Shown here piece after piece: positions 1-7,030 of a stretch of 14,627 nt of DNA. Location of the stretch: positions 1 to 14,627 of the forward strand of contig JBGQGY010000097.1 of NCBI GenBank assembly GCA_041497675.1. The letters are read 5' to 3'. Position 1 is the stretch's first letter, and each line of letters opens with the position of its first letter. The notes beneath the pieces were generated by a model. That model searched no databases. It was not told the DNA's origin and saw nothing but the letters and a program-made list of their open reading frames with translations. A program made the position numbers and the translations under genes. Origin of the DNA: a bacterium (lineage in GTDB: Bacteria > Sysuimicrobiota > Sysuimicrobiia > Sysuimicrobiales > Humicultoraceae).

Positions 1-141
1 ACCGGCAACCTCCTGATCGGATTGAGCGGCGTATTCTATCTCCTTTGCGGAAGTGACGTCGTGCGCTCGCTGCTGAGCGGGACGGCGCCACAGAGCGCGA
101 TCGATGTGGTGTTTCCCGTCAACTTCCAGGGATGGCGTTGA
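1..141 (+). CDS. 3' end of an unidentified CDS running in from the left edge (TGNLLIGLSGVFYLLCGSDVVRSLLSGTAPQSAIDVVFPVNFQGWR*)
   Basis: Frame 1 is open from base 1 to TGA at 139-141, with GC-rich third positions and a hydrophobic stretch. It converges on the hairpin at 191-228. Function not recognisable. Confidence 0.5.
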   Translation, partial: TGNLLIGLSGVFYLLCGSDVVRSLLSGTAPQSAIDVVFPVNFQGWR

Positions 142-190
142 CGGGTAGTTCTTCGCCGTCCTTCGTTTCCTCCGGTAACAAGCCACGCAA

Positions 191-228
191 AACAGAAGGG
201 GCCGGCTTCCGCACCGGCTCCTTCTGTT
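191..228. terminator. Intrinsic terminator hairpin, probably bidirectional
   Basis: AACAGAAGGGGCCGG (191-205), loop CTTCCGCA, CCGGCTCCTTCTGTT (214-228): 15-bp stem with one G/T position. On the - strand the 3' arm ends in TTCTGTT and continues TTG, 26 nt past the fasciclin stop. It lies between convergent genes. Confidence 0.8.
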
Positions 229-254
229 CGTTCCACGTACACCCCAGGCGACGT

Positions 255-740
255 CTACGGTTTCGGCAGGAACACCGTGTCGATCGCGTGGATGACCCCA
301 TTGCTCGCCAACACGTCGGCCCTGATGATCTTGGCGTTGTTGACCATTGGGGCGCCGTCCTTGACGGTAAACGTGACTTCCTGACCATTCACGGTCTTCG
401 CGGACTGCATCTTCGCCACGTCCGCGGCCAGCAGCCGCCCGGACACCACGTGAGAGGCCAGCAGTGCGGAGAGTTTCTGCTTGTCCTGCATCAGGGTATC
501 GAGCGTGCCTGCGGGCAGTTTCGCGAACGCCTCATCGGTCGGCGCGAACACGGTGAACGGTCCTTGACCTTTCAGCGTTGCCACCATCCCCGATTCCTGG
601 GCGGCTTTGATCAGCGTCTTGAACGTCCCGGCATCAGCGGCCGTATCGATCACATCTTTTGCCGGTTGTTGGGCCAGACTCTGGGCGGCACCGGCGGTGA
701 GCAGCAATGCCGCGATGGCAAACAGGCTCGTCATGCGCAT
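255..740 (-). CDS. Secreted fasciclin (FAS1) domain protein, MPT70/Nex18-like
   Basis: Sec signal peptide (MRMTSLFAIAALLLTAGAAQSLA), FAS1 H1 motif GPFTVFAPTDEAF and H2 motif ASNGVIHAIDTV. SD AAGGAGGG (748-755) is 7 nt before the ATG. Confidence 0.95.
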   Translation of the reverse strand: MRMTSLFAIAALLLTAGAAQSLAQQPAKDVIDTAADAGTFKTLIKAAQESGMVATLKGQGPFTVFAPTDEAFAKLPAGTLDTLMQDKQKLSALLASHVVSGRLLAADVAKMQSAKTVNGQEVTFTVKDGAPMVNNAKIIRADVLASNGVIHAIDTVFLPKP

Positions 741-955
741 GTCATATCCCTCCTTCAGCGTGGTAGTAACGCATCCATCAGCTGCGTGCTGACGCGGATC
801 GTCTGAATAGAGCCTCCTTTCCCGCAGCCTGGAGCCAAGGTCCAGTCAGGAGTCCGATGTGCAGGACCACGCGTGAGAGGATCAGGCGCCCATATTGTGC
901 GCCTTAGTGCCGTCCAAATTCCATTCATGCTCAGTGGAAATTCGGGGGAAGGGGA

Positions 956-984
956 TTGTTGAGTGATGCCGCCGTTGCTAGCAT
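956..984 (+). promoter_or_regulatory. Putative sigma70 promoter of the ABC transporter operon
   Basis: TTGTTG (956-961), 17-nt spacer, TAGCAT (979-984), with an extended -10 TG at 976-977. It lies 36 nt upstream of the likely TTG start at 1021. Confidence 0.5.
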
Positions 985-1020
985 GGCAGGTGTGTGCACG
1001 ACCATGAGGGGGTGAGCGCG

Positions 1021-2232
1021 TTGAGGCGTCTGGCGATCGTGTGTCTCGTGTTCGCCGTGGCGTGGGCGATGGCGCCCGCGATGCCCGCGGCGTCCGCTGA
1101 GACGTTCAAGATCGGCGTCGTCAGCAGTTTCACCGGCCGGTTCGCCGAGTTCGGCGAGCAGCACAAGGCCGGCCTTCAGGTCGCCGTAGAGGAAATCAAC
1201 AGGCTGGGTGCGGCCAAAGGCGAGAAGGTCGAACTTGTCCTCGAAGATGACACCTCCAACGTCAACAGCGCGCTTTCAGCCTCGGAGAAACTGATCAACC
1301 AAAAACTACCGCTGATCCTGTGCTGCTATTCGTCCGGGATCACGAAAGCCGCGGTCCAGTACATCGCGCGCGAGCGCCGTCCGGTGCTCGTGTTCACGAG
1401 TTCCGACGACACGATCACCCGTCCCGGTTCCGAGTGGATCTTCAGGTTGAATCAACCCGCGTCCACGTTCGCCGAAGTGCTCTTCGACGTCTTCGACACC
1501 ATCAACGAGTCTGCCAACCAGCGCCCCATCGAGACCATCGCGATGGTCCACGGGACCGGCGCTTTTGAAGACTCCGTATCCCAGGCCGCCGAAGGACTCG
1601 CGAAGGGTCGTGGCTACAAGCTGCTCGACAACCAGGCCTATGATGAGGGTCTGACTGACTTCCGGCCGATCCTGAACCGCATCAGACCCAAGAACCCCGA
1701 TGCCCTGCTGATGGTCTCGTACGCGGCCGACTCGGTGGCCGTGATGCGACAGGCCAAAGAAGTCGGGCTGAACGCCAAGATCTTCGCCGGTGGGGCCGCG
1801 GGGTTTGCGATCCCGGGCTTCATCACCGGGGCCAGGGAAGCCTCGGACTTCGTGATTACGGCGACGGCCTGGACGAAGGACGTCAAGTTTCCAGGCGCAG
1901 GCACGCTCAACGAGCGGCTCAAGCAGGTCCTTGGGGGCAGAGAACCCTCCTATCACGCGGCGCAGGCATACGTGGGCGTGCTCACAGCCGTCGACGTGCT
2001 GAGGCGTGCGCGCGACGTGAGTCCCGAGGGCATCCAGAAGGCGCTACGTGACACGAGCATGACGACGGCCTATGGCCCGATCCGCTTCATGGACTTCAGG
2101 GGCTACAAGAATCAAAACCCGGTGAAGATGGTGGCCCAACAGATCCAGCAGGGCAAGTTCATCACCGTCTTTCCCAAAGAGGCTGCTGCCGGCAAGATTC
2201 TGTTTCCCACCCCACCCTGGACCAGACGGTAA
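1021..2232 (+). CDS. livK: HAAT/Liv-family ABC transporter substrate-binding protein (type I PBP); substrate unknown
   Basis: Signal peptide (LRRLAIVCLVFAVAWAMAPAMPAASA) followed by FKIGVVSSFTGRFAEFG, AVEEIN, EDD, WIFR and TDFRPILNRI..NPDA motifs. Start placed at TTG 1021 because SD GAGGGGGTGA lies just upstream; the ORF is open from 994. Symbol is family-level. Confidence 0.92.
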   Translation: MRRLAIVCLVFAVAWAMAPAMPAASAETFKIGVVSSFTGRFAEFGEQHKAGLQVAVEEINRLGAAKGEKVELVLEDDTSNVNSALSASEKLINQKLPLILCCYSSGITKAAVQYIARERRPVLVFTSSDDTITRPGSEWIFRLNQPASTFAEVLFDVFDTINESANQRPIETIAMVHGTGAFEDSVSQAAEGLAKGRGYKLLDNQAYDEGLTDFRPILNRIRPKNPDALLMVSYAADSVAVMRQAKEVGLNAKIFAGGAAGFAIPGFITGAREASDFVITATAWTKDVKFPGAGTLNERLKQVLGGREPSYHAAQAYVGVLTAVDVLRRARDVSPEGIQKALRDTSMTTAYGPIRFMDFRGYKNQNPVKMVAQQIQQGKFITVFPKEAAAGKILFPTPPWTRR

Positions 2233-2253
2233 GACGTCGGGGGGAGTGAGCTC

Positions 2254-3135
2254 GTGGCCGCGCTCACCGCCTTCGTCCAGAACCTGCTGGGCGGCCTGCT
2301 CATCGGCGGTGTGTACGCGCTCATCGGCAGCGGCCTCTCGCTGATCTTCGGCGTCATGCGCGTCATCAACTTCAGCCACGGCGAGTTCGTGGCCATCGGG
2401 ATGTATTTTGCGCTCGCGCTCAACCAATGGATCGGTCTTGATCCCTATCTCTCACTGCTGATCGCCCTGCCGGGCGGTTATCTGCTCGGGCTTGTCGTCG
2501 AGCGTCTGATGCTCAATCGTCTGGTCGACGCGCCGGAAGGCAGCACGCTGCTCGCCACGCTGGGGTTAGGCCTGGTGTTGTCAAACACGCTCCATCTGGC
2601 CTTCGGGGCCGAACCCAAGTCCGTGTACACGTCCTACGCCACAAAGACGATCGGTCTGGGCAGCATCACGCTGTCGGTTCCCTTGATGCTCGCGGGCGCC
2701 GCGGCCCTGCTGATCATCGGTGTGCTCTCCTTCTTCTTGACGCGCACGGAACTGGGGCGCGCGGTGCGCGCGACCGCCCAGAACCGCCTGGGCGCCGAGT
2801 TGGTGGGCATCGATACCCGGAGCATCCACGGGTTCGTCTTCGGCGTCGGGGCGATGCTCGTCGTGGCCGTCGGCGTGATCTTGATCCCTCTGCTGTTCGT
2901 CACGCCGACAATCGGCAGCACCTATACGGTGAAGGCGTTTGTGGTGACGGTGCTGGGCGGTCTGGGCAACACCACCGGCGCGATCGCCGGCGGTCTCGTC
3001 CTGGGCGTGGTCGAGGTCCTGGGGGCCTCGTACCTTTCGACCGCGTACCGCGACGCGTACGGGCTGCTGGCGTTTCTCCTCCTGCTGCTCTTCAGACCGC
3101 ACGGACTCCTCGGCCGGCGCACGAGACGGGTCTAG
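2254..3135 (+). CDS. livH: HAAT ABC transporter permease (LivH-type)
   Basis: GGVYALIGSGLSLIFGVMRVINFSHGE, RTELGRAVRATAQN..GAELVGID and KAFVVTVLGGLG motifs; multiple TM helices; GGGGAG before the GTG. Confidence 0.95.
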   Translation: MAALTAFVQNLLGGLLIGGVYALIGSGLSLIFGVMRVINFSHGEFVAIGMYFALALNQWIGLDPYLSLLIALPGGYLLGLVVERLMLNRLVDAPEGSTLLATLGLGLVLSNTLHLAFGAEPKSVYTSYATKTIGLGSITLSVPLMLAGAAALLIIGVLSFFLTRTELGRAVRATAQNRLGAELVGIDTRSIHGFVFGVGAMLVVAVGVILIPLLFVTPTIGSTYTVKAFVVTVLGGLGNTTGAIAGGLVLGVVEVLGASYLSTAYRDAYGLLAFLLLLLFRPHGLLGRRTRRV

Positions 3136-3138
3136 CAC

Positions 3139-4074
3139 ATGGCAGCGCTGGTCTTGCTGATCGCGGCGGCGTGGCCCCTGGTCTTCCCCCACTATCTGAA
3201 TCTGGGGATCGGCCTGCTCATCCTGGCCGGATGGGCCGCCTCCTGGGACATCGTCGGCGGGTGGGCGGGACAGCTCAGCCTGGGACACGCGGCCTTCGTG
3301 GGCCTCGGCGCCTACACCGTCGCGCTCACCGCCAAACATCTTCAACTCGCCCCCTGGTGGAGTCTTGGTCTGGCCATGGCGCTCGCCGCCGGTCTTGCCT
3401 GGGCGTGGGGCGCGATCACGTTTCGGCTGAGGGGCCCGTACTTTACCCTCTCGACGCTGGCGATCGCCGAGGTGCTCCGCTTGATCGCGATCAACGAACG
3501 CTGGTTGACCGGCGGCGCGGGGGGGATCTTCATCTCGGCGCTTGCCCGCCCGTTCGGTTTGGATCTCTTCAATCGGCGCGTCGAGTACTACGCGGCGTTG
3601 GGCTATGTCGCCGTGGTCGTCGGGCTGGTCATCTGGCTCAGCCGGAGGCGGTTTGGGTTCGAGCTGCGCGCGGTGCGTGAGGACGAAGAGGCGGCCATGG
3701 CCGCCGGCATCAATCCCACGGCGGTCAAGCTCAAAGCCTTCATCCTGTCCGGATCGCTGACGACCGCGGGCGGGCTGCTCTATGGCATTTTCCTGTCGGC
3801 CCTCGAGCCGCACGGGCTCTTTGACATCCCCCTGTCGGTGCGGATCGCGCTGACCGCCATCATCGGCGGCCGCGGCACCGTGTGGGGGCCGCTCGTCGGC
3901 GCCGTATTGCTGACGCTGTCGGCGGAGATCTTTCGCAACCTTTTCGCCGGAGCCAACCTCTTGATCTACGGAGTGCTCATCATCATCGTCGTCCTGTTCG
4001 TCCCCCGCGGCCTCGTCGGGGAGTGGCAACGGGTCCAGGTGCGGAGGCGCTATGAGCGCGCTGCTCGCGGCTGA
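3139..4074 (+). CDS. livM: HAAT ABC transporter permease (LivM-type)
   Basis: GWAGQLSLGHAAFVGLGAY, RLRGPYFTLSTLA, LTGGAGG, LRAVREDEEAA and IIGGRGTVWGP motifs. Confidence 0.95.
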   Translation: MAALVLLIAAAWPLVFPHYLNLGIGLLILAGWAASWDIVGGWAGQLSLGHAAFVGLGAYTVALTAKHLQLAPWWSLGLAMALAAGLAWAWGAITFRLRGPYFTLSTLAIAEVLRLIAINERWLTGGAGGIFISALARPFGLDLFNRRVEYYAALGYVAVVVGLVIWLSRRRFGFELRAVREDEEAAMAAGINPTAVKLKAFILSGSLTTAGGLLYGIFLSALEPHGLFDIPLSVRIALTAIIGGRGTVWGPLVGAVLLTLSAEIFRNLFAGANLLIYGVLIIIVVLFVPRGLVGEWQRVQVRRRYERAARG

Positions 4075-4774
4075 AGCCGTCACCGTTCGCTTCGGAGGTC
4101 TGGTCGCCGTCCGAAACGTGTCCCTGTCGGTCGATGAGGGAGAAATCATGGGACTGATCGGACCCAACGGCGCGGGCAAATCCACACTGTTCAACGCGCT
4201 CTGCGGGTTCGTCCGTGCCGAGCAAGGACGCGTCGAACTCCTCGGTCAGAACGTGACAGACTGGCCCGCCCACCGCCGGGCCCGGGCCGGTGTCGGCCGC
4301 ACGTTTCAGATCGAGCGGCCTTTCGGCAACCTCACAGTGATGGAGAACGTGTTGATCCCGGCGATGGTCACGTGCCGGGCGCGCCGTGACGCCGAACGGC
4401 TCGCGCACGACGTCCTGGCGCAGGTCGGTCTCGCCGATCGCGCCCTGCAGCCCGCCAGCGATTTGAACCTGGCCCGCCGGCGCCGGCTCGAGCTGGCCAG
4501 AGCGCTCGCGATGCGACCACGGGTGCTCTTTCTTGATGAAGTGATGGCCGGGCTGAATCCCCCCGCGATGCAGGAGATGATCGGCTTCATCAGGGGCCTG
4601 GCGGCAACGGGTACGGCCGTCATCATGGTGGAGCACATCATGCGGGTGATCATGGAGCTTACGCACCGCGTGGTGGCGCTGTCGCTGGGCGAGAAGATCG
4701 CAGAGGGACGGCCCGAAGACGTCGCCAGCCATCCTGACGTCATTGAGGCGTATCTGGGGACCGCCGATGTCTAG
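4052..4774 (+). CDS. livG: HAAT ABC transporter ATP-binding subunit (LivG-type)
   Basis: FGGLVAV, Walker A GPNGAGKST, RTFQ, Walker B LFLDE, VEH and C-terminal VIEAYLG. Overlaps the livM stop. Confidence 0.95.
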   Translation: MSALLAAEAVTVRFGGLVAVRNVSLSVDEGEIMGLIGPNGAGKSTLFNALCGFVRAEQGRVELLGQNVTDWPAHRRARAGVGRTFQIERPFGNLTVMENVLIPAMVTCRARRDAERLAHDVLAQVGLADRALQPASDLNLARRRRLELARALAMRPRVLFLDEVMAGLNPPAMQEMIGFIRGLAATGTAVIMVEHIMRVIMELTHRVVALSLGEKIAEGRPEDVASHPDVIEAYLGTADV

Positions 4775-5486
4775 TCCGGCGGTCCTGACGGTCGATCAGG
4801 TCGATCTCGCCTACGGCGAGGTCCAGGTCGTCTTCGGCGTCAGCCTCGAAGTGGGCGAGGGCGAACTGGTCGGGCTGGTGGGCGGCAACGGCAGCGGCAA
4901 ATCCACCGTCCTGCGCGCGATCTCGGGCATGCTGACCCCGAGAGCGGGCCGGATCATCTTTCACGGCCGGCAGATCAGCGGCCTCACCCCCCACCAGACG
5001 GCGGCGCTGGGCATCGCGCACGTCCCCATGGGACGCCAGCTCTTTACGGCGATGACCGTCGAAGAAAATCTGCTCGCCGGCTCGTTCCTGCCCAGGGCGC
5101 GAGCGCGCCGCGAGGCGAATCTCGAGAAGGTCTACATGCTCTTTCCGCGGCTCCACGAGCGGCGTGTGGAGGCGGTCGCCGCACTGAGCGGCGGCGAACA
5201 GCAAATGGTGGCCGTCGGCCGCGGCATGATGCTCGAACCGTCACTCTTTCTCATGGATGAGCCGACGATGGGCCTGTCACCCAAGCTGGTGGGCGAGGTG
5301 GCGCGGGTCATTCGGACGGTGGCGGATACGGGGGTCCCGATCTTGCTCGTGGAGCAGAATATCCGTCTGGCGTTGCGGTTGACCGATCGCGCCTACGTGC
5401 TGGAAAACGGCCGGCTCGTGCTGCACGGGCCCTCGAGCGAACTGTCCGGACATCCGGAGATCAGACGAGCCTATCTGGGGCTATAG
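4767..5486 (+). CDS. livF: HAAT ABC transporter ATP-binding subunit (LivF-type)
   Basis: Walker A GGNGSGKST, signature LSGGEQQM, MDEP, LVEQN and IRRAYLG. ATG 4767 overlaps the end of livG. Confidence 0.95.
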   Translation: MSSPAVLTVDQVDLAYGEVQVVFGVSLEVGEGELVGLVGGNGSGKSTVLRAISGMLTPRAGRIIFHGRQISGLTPHQTAALGIAHVPMGRQLFTAMTVEENLLAGSFLPRARARREANLEKVYMLFPRLHERRVEAVAALSGGEQQMVAVGRGMMLEPSLFLMDEPTMGLSPKLVGEVARVIRTVADTGVPILLVEQNIRLALRLTDRAYVLENGRLVLHGPSSELSGHPEIRRAYLGL

Positions 5487-5494
5487 GCAGAGGC

Positions 5495-6271
5495 CTACCG
5501 GGCGCTGGATGGGCGGCAGACCCGGCAGGGGCGGTAACCCGCCGCGGCCGCCTGACGCTCACCCCTGAACTCCACGCGGTGCCGACGCGCGATCCGGCGG
5601 GCGCGATGGCATGTCGGGAAGCAATAGATCTTCGTCGTGTCGCTTCCCACATAGCGCACGCCTTCGCGCGCAGAAGCCTCGATCGCACTGGGCCGCAGTC
5701 CCTCGGCCGCAAGCACGGCGCGCTTCATCCCAAGCCCGAAGATGTAACCCCCGAGCCCGCCGTCGGTTCGCACCACGCGATGGCATGGAAGCAACAGCGG
5801 GACAGGATTGGCCGCGAGGGCGGCGCCAACGGCCCGCGCCGATCCCGGCCGCCCGATCTCTGCCGCGATCCACGTGTAGGGCCGCACCTCTCCCCGCGGG
5901 ATCTCTCGGGTCTTCAGCAGGACCGCCCGCGCGAAAGACGACAGCCCGCGCAGGTCGCACCGCAGCGGTCGCCGCCGGCCGCCTTTCACCACGTCCTCGA
6001 TCCTCGCGGCCAACTGGGTGGGGAGGACCGTCGCCTGAAACGCCGGCCGGCCGAAGCGACGGCGAAAGCGGCGTTCGAACGCCGCCGTGCTTGCCGCCTG
6101 ATCCACCGCGGAGACGCCGTGGTGGTTCCACGCGACGAACAAACCCACGCCCGCCACGCGCACGCGAGCGTACCTGTCGGCGAGTCGCGCCCGCAGCAGC
6201 ACCGCGGGCAGCACGGTCCGCGGAGCCCGCACGTCGCCGAGCCGTGCCAGCCTGCGCCTGAGTCCCTCCAT
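5495..6271 (-). CDS. ogt: Methylated-DNA--protein-cysteine methyltransferase (Ogt-type) fused to a C-terminal Ada metal-binding domain
   Basis: IPRGEVRPY..IA...G....ARAVG.A...NPVPLLLPCHRVV...G.LGGY alkyltransferase signature, with the active Cys codon at 5783-5785. The last 52 aa (TTKIYCFPTC...AAAAGYRPCRVCRP) match the four-Cys Ada Zn domain. SD AGGAGG lies 7 nt before ATG 6271, which overlaps the sigma stop (TGATG). Confidence 0.93.
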   Translation of the reverse strand: MEGLRRRLARLGDVRAPRTVLPAVLLRARLADRYARVRVAGVGLFVAWNHHGVSAVDQAASTAAFERRFRRRFGRPAFQATVLPTQLAARIEDVVKGGRRRPLRCDLRGLSSFARAVLLKTREIPRGEVRPYTWIAAEIGRPGSARAVGAALAANPVPLLLPCHRVVRTDGGLGGYIFGLGMKRAVLAAEGLRPSAIEASAREGVRYVGSDTTKIYCFPTCHRARRIARRHRVEFRGERQAAAAGYRPCRVCRPSSAR

Positions 6272-6831
6272 CAACGTTCCTCCTGTATGTGCTTCTCCAG
6301 CAGCCGTCGCAGCCGGGCAAGACCTCGAGACGCGTTGGACTTCACCGTGCCGACGGGCTGACCGAGCGCGAGTGCGGCGTCGGTGTATCCCAGTCCGTTG
6401 ACGTGGCGCAGGATGACCGCGGCGCGGTACCGCACGGGTAGGGCGGCGACCAACGACGCCAGCTCTCGCCGCTGTTCATTTCCCTCATGCACCCGGTCGG
6501 GCGGCATGGCGCTCGCGTCCACCATGAGATCGCCGGCGTCATCGGCCAGGGGCACCGTCTCGAGCCGGCGGCCCCGGCGCCGGTTACGGCTCACGTTCAA
6601 TGTGATGCGGTAGAGCCACGGCTTGAGTCTCAGCGTTCGCACTCGCTCCGATCCGTATCCCGACAGCGCCCGGTAGGCGCGCACCAGCGCATCCTGGACG
6701 ACCTCCTCCGCATCTTGCCTGCTCCCCGTCAGGCGGAAGGCAAACGCAAACAGTCGGTCCTGATACACGCGCACCAGGTCCTCAAAGGCGCCTGCGGGGT
6801 CGTCCGCCAGCCGTTGCTCGAGCCTCCGCAT
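6271..6831 (-). CDS. ECF (group 4 sigma70) RNA polymerase sigma factor
   Basis: Region 2: AFEDLVRVYQDRLFAFAFRLTGSRQDAEEVVQDA...WLYRITLN. Region 4: LPVRYRAAVILR...LGQPVGTVKSNASRGLARL. 186 aa with no region 1 or 3. Confidence 0.95.
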   Translation of the reverse strand: MRRLEQRLADDPAGAFEDLVRVYQDRLFAFAFRLTGSRQDAEEVVQDALVRAYRALSGYGSERVRTLRLKPWLYRITLNVSRNRRRGRRLETVPLADDAGDLMVDASAMPPDRVHEGNEQRRELASLVAALPVRYRAAVILRHVNGLGYTDAALALGQPVGTVKSNASRGLARLRRLLEKHIQEER

Positions 6832-6838
6832 GACCCTT

Positions 6839-6866
6839 AGAACACCAGGCCGCGGTCCGCGGTTGC
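6839..6866 (-). promoter_or_regulatory. Putative ECF-dependent (autoregulatory, leaderless) promoter of the sigma-ogt operon
   Basis: The minus strand reads GCAACC-N15-GTGTTCT-aagggtc-ATG. AAC-type -35 and GTT-type -10 are typical of ECF promoters. The ATG is 7 nt past the -10 motif with no convincing SD. Confidence 0.65.
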
Positions 6867-6892
6867 AACTGTTTCGGCCGGGCGCGTGTTCT
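6865..6892 (+). promoter_or_regulatory. Putative second ECF-dependent promoter, divergent, toward the ParB-like gene
   Basis: The plus strand reads GCAACT-N15-GTGTTCT, with the same -10 and spacing as the minus-strand copy. It shares the palindrome GTTGCAAC (6862-6869). Confidence 0.55.
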
Positions 6893-7030
6893 TGGGGACG
6901 GCAATCGTCATGACATCACGTGCTCGACAGTAGGTCTCGCGTGCGCCGTCACGGATTTTGGGGCCTGGAAGACCGCCGGCGCTGCGCTCACACTAGCAGG
7001 ACTCGTTGCCGCCAGACAAAACAGTACCGT

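Noticed and set aside
132..806. 224-aa plus-strand ORF
   Set aside because: Antisense shadow of the fasciclin gene; it runs through the terminator and shows no family motifs.
965..979. Sigma54 promoter suggested by TTGCT and the NtrC-like dyad
   Set aside because: The invariant -24 GG is absent (GA at 965-966).
2581..4194. 537-aa minus-strand ORF
   Set aside because: Antisense shadow of livH/livM/livG, expected in high-GC coding DNA.
5559..6361. Three long alternative-frame or antisense ORFs over the alkyltransferase
   Set aside because: Low-complexity Arg/Ala/Pro-rich translations; the PCHRV-containing frame explains the region.
6840..6891. GAAC...GTTC read as a LexA (Cheo) SOS box upstream of repair genes
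   Set aside because: The half-sites are 44 nt apart rather than 4; the ECF-promoter reading fits the spacing.
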